A stretch of 64,000 nt of DNA from Rhodospirillales bacterium (GTDB lineage Bacteria > Pseudomonadota > Alphaproteobacteria > Rhodospirillales > UBA2165). Location: NCBI GenBank assembly GCA_022822205.1, contig JAJECC010000071.1:3283-67282 (forward strand), given 5' to 3'. The position numbers and the translations under genes are program-made. The notes under the pieces were generated by a model, which was not told where the DNA came from, ran no database searches, and saw only the letters and a list, made by a program, of their open reading frames with translations. This document shows positions 28,472 through 37,783 of the stretch, piece by piece (position 1 is the first letter of the stretch; each line of letters starts with the position of its first letter).

Positions 28472-30397
28472 ATGGCCGAGGACGATTTCGAACGCAAGCT
28501 GACCGCGATCTTTTATGCCGATGTCGCGGGCTACAGCCGGTTAACCGGTCAGGACGAGGCCGGCACCCATAAGGCGTTGGGCGAGTCCCTCGACGTCATC
28601 ACGACCTCTATCGAAGAACATGGCGGCCGGGTCGTCCATTTTGCCGGCGACGCCATCCTTGCCGAATTCACCAGCGTGCGGGCGTCGGTAAATGCCGCGG
28701 TCGCGGCGCAGCGCGAACTGAGAGAGAAAAACCGCGGCCGCGCCGACGACGAAAAGCTGCAGTTCCGTATCGGCATCAATCTCGGTGAGGTGATTGTCGA
28801 CCGGGACGATATCTTCGGCGACGGGGTAAATATCGCCGCCCGATTGGAAAGCCTCGCCGATCCCGGCGGCATCTGCATTTCCGGCAATGTCCGCGACCAG
28901 ATAATCGGCCGGCTGCCCCTCGATCTCCACGATATGGGCGAGCAGAGCGTCAAGAACATCGCCCAGCCGGTTCGGGCCTATAAGGTGCTGATCGACGACG
29001 AGGCGCGCGAAGCGGCGCGGGCGTCCGGCCAGGCGCGGAAGGCCAAGCCTTCAATTTTCCGTTCGCCCAAGGCGTTGGCGGCGGCGGCGATGGTGGTGAT
29101 CGCGGTGGGGGCGGGCGCTCTGTTCGGCGGCGGGCTGCTGAACATTTCCGTCGACGTGGAGGGCGCGGCGGAGGCGGCCGCCGATGAGCCTGCGTTCAGT
29201 GAAAAACCGGCGATCGCCGTCCTGCCGTTCACCAACTTGTCGGGGTCCGACCAGGAAGACTACCTGAGCGACGGCATCACCGAGGACGTAATCACCAACC
29301 TCGCGCGGTCGCCGGCATTGTTCGTCATTTCCCGGAACTCAACCTTCGCCTACAAGGGCAAGACACCGACGGTTGCGGAGGTGAGCAAGGCGCTCGGCGC
29401 CCGTTACGTGGTCGATGGCAGCTTCCGGAAGGCCGGAGACCAGCTGCGCGTCTCGGCGCAGCTGGTGGATGCGACGAATAACCTGGTTCTGTGGACGAAC
29501 CGGTTCGACCGCAGCGTCGACCGGATTTTCGAAGTGCAGGATGAGATCGCATCGCGCATTTCCTCGGCGCTGGCCAGGGAAGTGAAAGGCGCGGAGGCGC
29601 TTCGGTCACGGGCAAGAACGACGGACAACGTGGAGGCCTATGACCTCGTCCTTCGGGCACGGCGAATTCTCTCGCGGCCCGGCCGGAGGGAAGTCGGCAT
29701 TGAGGCGGGCCGGCTCCTGGAACGCGCCATCAGCCTGGATCCCGATTACGCGCAGGCCCACGCGTCACTTGCCTGGGCGCTGCTGCGCCAGTCGCGCGGG
29801 GTTACGCGTGAACGATATATGCAGTTGGTCGAGGCTGCGTTCAAGCACGCGGAAGAGGCGCTGAGGCTCGATCCGAACGACTTCTATTCTCATTGGACGC
29901 TGGGCACCGTACTGGCGCGGAAACGGCAGCCGGAAGAAAGTCTCAAGTCCATTCGAACGGCGCTGGAGTTGAATCCCAATGCCGCCGAACTGCACCTGCA
30001 CATGGTTCAGCCGCTGGTTCGTCTGGGCAGGAACCGCGAGGCGAACCATGCCGCGAAAACCGCCATCCGGCTCAATCCATACCATCATGGCCCCTACAAC
30101 GTGGCGCTGGCCATGTCACAGATGGCCCTCGGAGAGTATGAGGCGGCCGCGGATACGTTGGCGAAATCGGTTGCCCAGATGAAAACAGCCCTTCGCCCGC
30201 GATTGCTGCTGGCGACCGCGTATTCCATGACCGGCCGGGATGACAAGGCGCGGGAACTGGTTTCCGAAGCAATTGAAATTAAGCCGGATCTGAATGAGCG
30301 TTCGGCCCGGCGGATGCTGAATTTTTTCGGCCCGGATGCCGTCGGTCCCATGCTTGCCGCGTTGACACGGGTTGGTTTGCCCGCCTTCGTGAATTAG
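28472..30397 (+). CDS. Class III nucleotide cyclase with TM helix, TolB-like domain and TPRs
   Basis: YADVAGYS, FAGD, RIGINLG, GDGVNIAARLE; AVLPFTN domain followed by TPR-like repeats. Confidence 0.88.
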   Translation: MAEDDFERKLTAIFYADVAGYSRLTGQDEAGTHKALGESLDVITTSIEEHGGRVVHFAGDAILAEFTSVRASVNAAVAAQRELREKNRGRADDEKLQFRIGINLGEVIVDRDDIFGDGVNIAARLESLADPGGICISGNVRDQIIGRLPLDLHDMGEQSVKNIAQPVRAYKVLIDDEAREAARASGQARKAKPSIFRSPKALAAAAMVVIAVGAGALFGGGLLNISVDVEGAAEAAADEPAFSEKPAIAVLPFTNLSGSDQEDYLSDGITEDVITNLARSPALFVISRNSTFAYKGKTPTVAEVSKALGARYVVDGSFRKAGDQLRVSAQLVDATNNLVLWTNRFDRSVDRIFEVQDEIASRISSALAREVKGAEALRSRARTTDNVEAYDLVLRARRILSRPGRREVGIEAGRLLERAISLDPDYAQAHASLAWALLRQSRGVTRERYMQLVEAAFKHAEEALRLDPNDFYSHWTLGTVLARKRQPEESLKSIRTALELNPNAAELHLHMVQPLVRLGRNREANHAAKTAIRLNPYHHGPYNVALAMSQMALGEYEAAADTLAKSVAQMKTALRPRLLLATAYSMTGRDDKARELVSEAIEIKPDLNERSARRMLNFFGPDAVGPMLAALTRVGLPAFVN

Positions 30398-30409
30398 GGA
30401 ACGCGGCCG

Positions 30410-32287
30410 ATGGCGCCCGATGGCACGACCATCGTCACAGGTTCAATACCGAAACACGACCGAATTCCGCTTGCCTGGCTGTTGAGCGGCGTGTTCGGCG
30501 GGCTGACCGCCATCTCGGTCCTGGTCGTCCTGTGGATGGGCCTGGCCGGCATGCGCATTACCAGCGCGGACCTGCTGGGTGCCCGCACGGCGGCAATCGT
30601 CGACAATGCGACGGAACAGGTTGATCGTCTCCTGCGGCCCATCGAGGTCCAGGGCCGTTGGCTGGCGGCGCAAGTCGCGTCCGGCGAATTGAATCCCGAC
30701 GATTCCGCGCAGTGGGCGTCGACGGTGGAAGCCGTCGTCTCCGCGACGCCCCAGGTGTTTGCCGTGGTCACCGTCGATCCCGGCGGAACCGGCTACATCC
30801 ACTCCGATCTGTCCGACGATCTGATCGTGCGGGATTGGTCCCGGCAGTCCGAAATGGGGGAATTCATGGCCCGGATCAAGGCGATGGCGCCGGGCTCGAT
30901 CGCATGGGGCCGGCCGCTTCTGTCGCGGGAACTGGACCCGCCCCAGCCCATGCTTATTTTGAGGCTGCCGCTCTACCGGAACGGAGATTATTGGGGCCCG
31001 TTGATGCTGACGGTCTCTCTCTCCGAATTGTCGCGGACATTGGTCGAGGAAGCCGCGGACGGCACGCTCGTTCCGTTCATCCTGTATGACCGAAAGTGGG
31101 TGCTCGCCCATCCGTCCCTGGTTCGTTCGGGGGAAATCCGGCTGCGGCCGGCCCCGGCGGACAATATATCTGTGCTCGGCGGCGAGGCGCTGACCCCCAT
31201 CGAGGAACTGGGCGACAATTTCCTGTCCGGACTCGGCTCGGCCGCGGCGGTCAATCAACGGATCGTCGCGCCGGTTCCCAATGCCTCCATTCTCTTCAAG
31301 GAGGTCGATGAAACCGAGACCGGCTATGTGATCCGCGAGATCAATCGCTATGGGCCCCGGCCATGGGTCATCGGGACGTACTTCGATACCAGCATCGGGG
31401 ACGACGTCATCGAGCGGCTGTTCGGGATGGGAATTGCCGGCGGCGCGGTCTTCCTCGTCTCACTGGTGATTGCAATATTGCTGGGCCGCCGGGCGGCCAA
31501 GCCGGCGCAAAGATTGGCCGTCGCCGCCAACGGCGTGCAGGAGGGGGACCTGGGCGAGACGGTCCGTCTGTCGAGGACCCGGATCTACGAACTCGACCTC
31601 GCCGGGCAGTCGTTCAACAACATGGTCGACGGCCTCAAGGAGCGGGAGCGGATCCGCGATCAATTCGGGCGTTTCGTCCCCGAAGCGGTTGCCGCCGCCA
31701 TTCTGGCGGAGGACGGCGATCTTACGCCGACCACCACCGAGGCCACCGTTCTGTTTACCGACATCGAGAAATTCACCACTGTTGCGGAAGGCCTGCGGCC
31801 CGAGGAAGTGGTCGGGCTGCTCAATGAGTACTTCTCCGCCGCGGTCGAAATACTGGAGCGGCATAAGGGGGTCATCACCCAGTTTCAGGGCGATGCCATT
31901 CTCGCGACCTTCAACGTCCCGGCCCGCGACCCGCAACATGCGGCGAATGCGGTGTCCGCCGCCGTCGAGCTCCAGCGATTGATGGCCGGCCGGACCTTCG
32001 CGGGGCTTCGGCTCGGCATCCGCATCGGGGTCAATACCGGGCTCCTGGTCGCCGGGAACGTCGGCGCGGCGGGGCGCCTGAACTACACGGTCCATGGGGA
32101 TGCGGTGAATCTCGCGGCGCGGCTCGAGCAGGTGAACAAGGAACACGGGACCCGGATCATCGTCGCCGACAGCACCGTGCATCAGGCGCCCGGTTTTCCC
32201 TACCGGGAACTGGGTTCGGTGACGGTGCGCGGCAAGGAAAACCCGGTCGTCATTTCGACCGTGGAACCGAGCGCCTGGGGCGCCTGA
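30410..32287 (+). CDS. Membrane-bound class III nucleotide cyclase (periplasmic sensor, HAMP)
   Basis: Two TM segments; FTDIEKFT, FQGD, RIGVNTG, YTVHGDAVNLAARLE. Confidence 0.88.
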   Translation: MAPDGTTIVTGSIPKHDRIPLAWLLSGVFGGLTAISVLVVLWMGLAGMRITSADLLGARTAAIVDNATEQVDRLLRPIEVQGRWLAAQVASGELNPDDSAQWASTVEAVVSATPQVFAVVTVDPGGTGYIHSDLSDDLIVRDWSRQSEMGEFMARIKAMAPGSIAWGRPLLSRELDPPQPMLILRLPLYRNGDYWGPLMLTVSLSELSRTLVEEAADGTLVPFILYDRKWVLAHPSLVRSGEIRLRPAPADNISVLGGEALTPIEELGDNFLSGLGSAAAVNQRIVAPVPNASILFKEVDETETGYVIREINRYGPRPWVIGTYFDTSIGDDVIERLFGMGIAGGAVFLVSLVIAILLGRRAAKPAQRLAVAANGVQEGDLGETVRLSRTRIYELDLAGQSFNNMVDGLKERERIRDQFGRFVPEAVAAAILAEDGDLTPTTTEATVLFTDIEKFTTVAEGLRPEEVVGLLNEYFSAAVEILERHKGVITQFQGDAILATFNVPARDPQHAANAVSAAVELQRLMAGRTFAGLRLGIRIGVNTGLLVAGNVGAAGRLNYTVHGDAVNLAARLEQVNKEHGTRIIVADSTVHQAPGFPYRELGSVTVRGKENPVVISTVEPSAWGA

Positions 32288-32338
32288 ACGAATGAATTTC
32301 TGAAATTCGATTGGTTATCAGTTGGGCGAGGGGGGCGT

Positions 32339-34231
32339 CTACCCGCGCGCCCTTGCGTCGCCGGCGCCGATCTCGATCACCCGGCCGGACGGCGGATCGG
32401 CGAACAACTCCTCGACCAGGTCCGCCCTGCGCGCCAGCACCGCGCGCTGGTTGATGTAGCCCTTGTCGGTGATCTCGTTGGCATCGATCCGGGCCGGCTC
32501 CTCAACCAGCATCAGGCGTCTTACCACCCGGCTGGAACCGCCCGCGGCGGCATTGAACGCGGCCAATTTATCGGCGAGAGCGGCCCGAATATCCGCGTTC
32601 TTCAAAATCTCCGGGATGCCTGATTCCCCGTCGAGGCCGGCAAGCTCCCGGCATCCGGGAAGCGCGGGCCAGGCCAGGACGGCGATGAACGCCCCGTCGT
32701 GACCGCAGATCACCATATCCTGGATCAACGGCGCCGCGGCGGCGATCAAATCAACCCGCAGCTGACCGACGGTCACCCAGGTTCCGGTGGCGAGCTTGAA
32801 GTTCTCCGAAATTCGTCCGTCGAAGACCAGCCCGCGCCCGGGGTGGTCCGGATCGACGAACCGCATGGCGTCGCCGAATTTGTAGTAACCTTCCTCGTCG
32901 TGGCTGGCGGCCGTCAGGTCCGGTTCCTTGTGGTAGCCGGGGGTCATCAGCGGGCCCTTGGCGCGCACTTCGAGCTTGTCCCCCACCGGGGCCAGCTTGA
33001 TCTCGGCGCCGGGCAGCGGCAGGCCGATGTGCCCGAGTTGGCTTCCCGGCCAATGGGCGAAGGTCAGGGACGGGGACGATTCGGTGGTGCCGTAGCCCGA
33101 CGTCATAACGATCCGGTTCCCCGTCGCCTCATAAGCCACCCGTTCGAAGCGGTCCCATAAATCCTGGGTCAGCGCCGCGCCGGCATACCACGCGAACTCC
33201 AGGTCCTTGAAGAAATGGTCCCGGAACGCCGCGTCCCCTTCGAGGTGCGGGAGGAGGGATGCGAACCCCGCCGGCACATTGAAGTAGGCGGTCGGAGAGA
33301 CCTCCCGCAGGTTGCGGAGCGTTTCCTCGAATTTCCCCGGCACCGGGCGGCCGCCGTCGATGTAGTACGACCCGCCGTGAAACATGACCATGTTGAAGAT
33401 CTGGTTGCCGGCCGCCGTGTGGTTCCACGGCAGCCACTCCACCATGACCGGCGGACGGTCGGCGAGGAATTGCAGCGTCTGGACGGTCATTTGCTGGTTC
33501 GAGCACAGCATCCGGTGCGTATTGATCACCGCCTTCGGCGTGCCGGTGGAGCCCGAGGTAAACAGGAACTTGGCGGTGTCGTCGGGGCTTACGGCCTCGA
33601 ATGCCTCGTCGACGGCGGGTCCCGCGACTGTCGTCAAGAGATCGTCATACGGCGTTGCCGCGATGCCATCCGGCGGGTTGCGGGTGACCACCACTTCGGC
33701 GTCCTTGAACGCGACGGCCTTCAGCGCTTTTTCGAAGACCTTGCCGTCTTCGGCATAGATGATGCCCGGCTCCAGCAATTCGACGATGGGCTTGAGCCGG
33801 CTATGGTCCGTGCTCATCAGCGAGTAGGCCGGCGAGACGGGCGAAACCGGGATGCCCACCTGCATGGCCGCCAGGCCGAGGAGGGCGAAGTTGACCGAAT
33901 TGTCGGACAGGATCACCAGCGGTTTCCGCCGGTTCAGGCCCCGGTCCATCAGCGCCTGCGACAGGCGGTCGCAGATCTCGCGGGCTCCGGCGTAACTAAC
34001 TTTTCGCCATTCGCCATCCAGGTTCCGTTCGGCGAGAAACACCCGGTCCGGAGACCGTTCCGCCCACAGGCGCAGGGGAATTCCCATCTGCCGGTGATAG
34101 CCGCCGAGCGGCTGGGCCGGCCTGAGGATGATGTTGCCGCCGGCGCGCCGCTCCATGTCCACCGACGGCTCGGCCAGCGCCACCGCGCGGTACGGCGCTT
34201 CCAGGAATTCGTCTTTGTTCTCTGCGGTCAT
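32339..34231 (-). CDS. fcs: Feruloyl-CoA synthase-like acyl-CoA ligase
   Basis: LFTSGSTGTPKAV, LPWNHT, GYGTTE and ENFKLATGTWV, typical of the Fcs subfamily. Confidence 0.85.
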   Translation of the reverse strand: MTAENKDEFLEAPYRAVALAEPSVDMERRAGGNIILRPAQPLGGYHRQMGIPLRLWAERSPDRVFLAERNLDGEWRKVSYAGAREICDRLSQALMDRGLNRRKPLVILSDNSVNFALLGLAAMQVGIPVSPVSPAYSLMSTDHSRLKPIVELLEPGIIYAEDGKVFEKALKAVAFKDAEVVVTRNPPDGIAATPYDDLLTTVAGPAVDEAFEAVSPDDTAKFLFTSGSTGTPKAVINTHRMLCSNQQMTVQTLQFLADRPPVMVEWLPWNHTAAGNQIFNMVMFHGGSYYIDGGRPVPGKFEETLRNLREVSPTAYFNVPAGFASLLPHLEGDAAFRDHFFKDLEFAWYAGAALTQDLWDRFERVAYEATGNRIVMTSGYGTTESSPSLTFAHWPGSQLGHIGLPLPGAEIKLAPVGDKLEVRAKGPLMTPGYHKEPDLTAASHDEEGYYKFGDAMRFVDPDHPGRGLVFDGRISENFKLATGTWVTVGQLRVDLIAAAAPLIQDMVICGHDGAFIAVLAWPALPGCRELAGLDGESGIPEILKNADIRAALADKLAAFNAAAGGSSRVVRRLMLVEEPARIDANEITDKGYINQRAVLARRADLVEELFADPPSGRVIEIGAGDARARG

Positions 34232-34272
34232 ATCACCCCGAAACGCCGCCGACATTTTTGTCCGTTCCAGCA

Positions 34273-34307
34273 ACAATATTGTCAGGAGGAACTAGGATTT
34301 TTGTCAA
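34273..34307 (-). promoter_or_regulatory. Candidate sigma70 promoter and palindrome for fcs
   Basis: Minus strand TTGACA-18 nt-GACAAT overlapping the perfect palindrome ACAATATTGT (34273-34282). Confidence 0.45.
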
Positions 34308-34339
34308 CCTGACCGTTTTCAATTCAAAAAATTATGAAT

Positions 34340-34630
34340 TTACAACAGGCTATGCGGATGGAAGCGTGCTGCGTGGATGATGTCGAGCACGATCACGGCG
34401 CCGGTCCCGACCTGATAGACTACGATGTAGTTTCGATGCACGACAAGCTCGCGAGTACCGGCCACGCGTCCCGGTCGGCCGGTATACGGATGGTGCGTAA
34501 GCTGCGCCTCGACGGCGGAGAGGATTTGATCGCCGAGTTTCAGGGCCGCATCGAGATTGTCGATGGCAATGTAGTCTATGATTTCGTCAAGAGCAGTCTC
34601 TGCCGATGGCAGCCATTGCAGAGGCGTCAT
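34340..34630 (-). CDS. RelE/ParE-family toxin
   Basis: LDEIIDYIA, GRPGRVAGTRELVV, YIVVY and IIHAAR. Confidence 0.9.
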   Translation of the reverse strand: MTPLQWLPSAETALDEIIDYIAIDNLDAALKLGDQILSAVEAQLTHHPYTGRPGRVAGTRELVVHRNYIVVYQVGTGAVIVLDIIHAARFHPHSLL

Positions 34631-34890
34631 GATCCGCCGGCGCCGAACCTAGTCTTCATGTTGGCGGCGAACCGCCGGCGCAGGTCATCCGTGCCGATGA
34701 AATTGCCGTCGTCGGCCTCGGCAATGCGCGCTTCGATCCGGGCGACGAATTCCTCTTCCGCCGCGAGGTAGCGTTCAATCGCCTCGTTGGCCAGGAAGGA
34801 CTTCGACCGGCGGGTTGCAGCCGCAAGCCGATCCAGCCGGTCGCGAACCTCCGGTCTGGTGCTGACGGACAAGACGCAACGCTCGGCCAT
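34627..34890 (-). CDS. CopG/ribbon-helix-helix antitoxin
   Basis: RLDRLAAATRRSKSFLANEAIERYL; 4-bp overlap with the toxin. Confidence 0.88.
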   Translation of the reverse strand: MAERCVLSVSTRPEVRDRLDRLAAATRRSKSFLANEAIERYLAAEEEFVARIEARIAEADDGNFIGTDDLRRRFAANMKTRFGAGGS

Positions 34891-35148
34891 GGTCGATCCT
34901 CGTTAGGAATTGCTCTGGATCATACCATTTACTACAATGTATGAAATCAAGCAACTCATGGAACGGGGGTCGTGTCTCCGCTTGAAATCCCGGCCACCGA
35001 TAATGGCCAATGAGCCGGACATGTGCCATGGGAATTGGCCCATGCGGCGGGCCGGAATGGACAGCCTCCGGTTGCCACGTCCCGGTCGCGCCCTAGAATA
35101 AAGATGCGGCGAAACGAGGTGAGGCCGACGGCTCGGCCAAGGGAGGCG

Positions 35149-36279
35149 ATGTTGAACAACGAACTGTTGCTGGTCGGCAGCATACCGCTTGATACGCCCG
35201 AAGAGGTATTTCGCGCGTTCGGGCCCGGGTTGGGGGAGTGGCTGGCTTACCTGCCGGACGGCGAGATCGGCGACCGGCGCTACTGGATCGACGGCATCGC
35301 CCACCGGGTACTCAACGGCCACCGGGAAATGGAGACCCTCCGCTACCCGGATCCCGATGAAAACGGGGTCGAAACCTGGCGGCCCCAGGGTCTCCACGAT
35401 CAATACCGGTTCCGGGTGAAGCCGGGAATCGACAGGGTGCGGTTCGGCGATCCCGGTTGGCGGCTCGGCTATACGCGGGATGCGGTAAATTCCTACTACG
35501 TCTTCCGCAATCTCAAGCAGGAAGGCCTGATCCCGGTTCATGTGCGGTTTCAGGTGTGTATTCCGCTGACCTATTCCTGCCTGGCCAACTACATCCCGGA
35601 TCCGGACGATCTGGAAAAGGTGGTGCCGGGCTTCACCGAAGCGCTGGTCGCGGAAGTGACCGAAATGCTGCGTCACATTCCGGCCTCGGAACTGGCCCTT
35701 CAGTGGGACATGGCCATCGAAAACCGGCTCCTCGAAATTCCGTTGAAGGACGGCGACAAGGATGGCGCCAAGGCGGAAGCCGCACGGATTGCCCGGCCGG
35801 CGGCGGAGATTTGCGCCGCCATCCCCGACGACGTGGCGCTCGGCTACCATTCCTGCTACGGCACCCTCGACGGCTGGCCGAGCCGGCAGCCGCCGGACGC
35901 GACCGGTACGGTGCTTCTCCTGAACGCGGTCATCGAGGCCAGCGGCCGGCGCGTGGATTTCGTTCACTTCCCGACTCTCGAGGCGGCGGACGAGGCCTTT
36001 TTCCAGCCGCTCGAAGAGATGGACCTGCGAGGCGCCCGCGCCTATGTCGGCGCGATACACAAGCTGCATGGTCCGGAGGGACTGAAAGGGCAGCTCGACT
36101 GCATCAAACGCTATATTCCCGACTTCGGGCTTGCCGCGCCGTGCGGTTTCGGCCGCGCGCCCGAGCGGCCCGGAAAGCTGCTCACCGCGGCGCCGGGTGA
36201 TAATCCGGATTACATCGAGGAAATTCTCAATGACCACGCCGCCGCGGTAGACGTTCTCAGGGAGGTGGCCGGCAACTGA
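35149..36279 (+). CDS. UROD/MetE-superfamily (cobalamin-independent methionine synthase-like) protein of unknown function
   Basis: LVGSIP, PDGE.G.R, HxC (YHSCYG) and distal PCGFGR Zn-ligand-like motifs. Confidence 0.65.
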   Translation: MLNNELLLVGSIPLDTPEEVFRAFGPGLGEWLAYLPDGEIGDRRYWIDGIAHRVLNGHREMETLRYPDPDENGVETWRPQGLHDQYRFRVKPGIDRVRFGDPGWRLGYTRDAVNSYYVFRNLKQEGLIPVHVRFQVCIPLTYSCLANYIPDPDDLEKVVPGFTEALVAEVTEMLRHIPASELALQWDMAIENRLLEIPLKDGDKDGAKAEAARIARPAAEICAAIPDDVALGYHSCYGTLDGWPSRQPPDATGTVLLLNAVIEASGRRVDFVHFPTLEAADEAFFQPLEEMDLRGARAYVGAIHKLHGPEGLKGQLDCIKRYIPDFGLAAPCGFGRAPERPGKLLTAAPGDNPDYIEEILNDHAAAVDVLREVAGN

Positions 36280-36430
36280 CCGCGCCCGACCGAGTTGTTC
36301 GGGGCCGTGGAGCGTGTGCCCGGGCGTGTGAACCGGGATCGTATTTGCGGTCGCCGTTCACCGCATCCTATACTGTTGCAGATGCAGCGGGCCTGGGTTC
36401 AGGCTCCGTAAAGTTGCCTGCGGGGTGGCG

Positions 36431-37756
36431 ATGACGACCAAATCCGAAAGCGAAATCCTGACCCGGGTGGGTCCCGGCACGCCCATGGGCGAGTTGTTCC
36501 GCCAATATTGGATTCCGGCGGCCAAATCGAGCGAACTCGCGGCCGGCGGCGATCCCGTCCGCCTCATGCTGCTCGGCGAGCGGCTGATCGGATTTCGCTC
36601 GCCCGGCGGCCGGGTGGGGATCATGGATCACCGGTGTCCGCACCGGTGCGCCTCATTGTTCTTCGGCCGCAATGAAAAGGCGGGCCTTCGGTGCGTATAT
36701 CACGGCTGGCAGTATGATCCGGACGGCGCCTGCGTCGACATGCCCAATGTGCCGCCGGAGCAGGATTTCAAGCACAAGGTCAGCGCCAAGGCCTACAAGA
36801 CCTTCGAACGCAACGGCCTCGTCTGGGTGTTCATGGGCGATCAGGAGAACATCCCGCCGGAGCCTCTTCTGGAATGCACATTGCTGGGCGAAGACGAGCA
36901 CCGGCTGATGTTCGCCCAGCGGGAATGCAATTACCTGCAAGCTCTCGAAGGGGACATCGACACATCCCACTTCGGCTTCCTCCATGCGGGCGCCATTACG
37001 CTCGACCAGATCGACGAGGATCATCCAAGCCGCTTCACCATCGCCGACCGGCAACCGGGCTATCACGTGTCCGACACCGGCTGGGGAACCATGTATGCGG
37101 CCTTCCGCGACGGCGATCCGGGCCGGACCTACTGGCGGACGGCGCAGTTCCTCTTTCCCTTCTGGACCATGCCGCCGGACGGCTTGTTCGACGATCACAT
37201 CATTGCCCGGGCGTGGGTGCCCATGGACGACACCCACACCATGTTCATCCACATTTCGTGGACCGGGAACACGCAGGGGCTGAGGACCGGCCGTGACGGC
37301 AAACCGCTGCCCGGGCTCGCCGTCGGCATGGAGCACCTCCCCAACACCACCGACTGGTTCGGCCGTTGGCGCCTGGCGGCCCATGCCGGCAACGACTACC
37401 GGATCGACCGGGAAGCGCAGCGAACCGACTCGTACACGGGCATCACCGGCATTCACTTGCAGGATCAGGCGGTGACCGAGAGCATGGGCGGCGTTGCCGA
37501 CCACCATCTCGAACATCTTGCGCCGTCGGACAGGATGATCACTCAAACGCGCCGGCGGCTGATCAATGCAGCCAAGGCGTGGCGCGACACCGGTGAAATA
37601 CCGCCCGCGTGCCGGGAGCCCGAGGTGGTGCTCGGGGCGCGTTCGGGTGACTTCCAGGGGCCGGCGGGGCAAGGCTGGCGGGAAGCCTACGACGACCGGA
37701 TGGCGGCCTCGGTCAACCCCACCGGGCGGCTGATCCAGCGGGCCGCCGCGGAGTAG
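36431..37756 (+). CDS. Rieske aromatic oxygenase alpha subunit, phthalate 4,5-dioxygenase-like
   Basis: CPH...CVYH Rieske motif; DTSHFGFLH and QD mononuclear Fe site; VGPGTPMG N-terminus. Confidence 0.9.
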   Translation: MTTKSESEILTRVGPGTPMGELFRQYWIPAAKSSELAAGGDPVRLMLLGERLIGFRSPGGRVGIMDHRCPHRCASLFFGRNEKAGLRCVYHGWQYDPDGACVDMPNVPPEQDFKHKVSAKAYKTFERNGLVWVFMGDQENIPPEPLLECTLLGEDEHRLMFAQRECNYLQALEGDIDTSHFGFLHAGAITLDQIDEDHPSRFTIADRQPGYHVSDTGWGTMYAAFRDGDPGRTYWRTAQFLFPFWTMPPDGLFDDHIIARAWVPMDDTHTMFIHISWTGNTQGLRTGRDGKPLPGLAVGMEHLPNTTDWFGRWRLAAHAGNDYRIDREAQRTDSYTGITGIHLQDQAVTESMGGVADHHLEHLAPSDRMITQTRRRLINAAKAWRDTGEIPPACREPEVVLGARSGDFQGPAGQGWREAYDDRMAASVNPTGRLIQRAAAE

Positions 37757-37783
37757 GCGGCACCGGTCCCGGCCGGAAACTGC

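Noticed and set aside
32292-32306. GAATTTC-T-GAAATTC palindrome, and an ATGAATTT match at both ends of fcs
   Set aside because: Too short to define element boundaries; probably a terminator or chance match.
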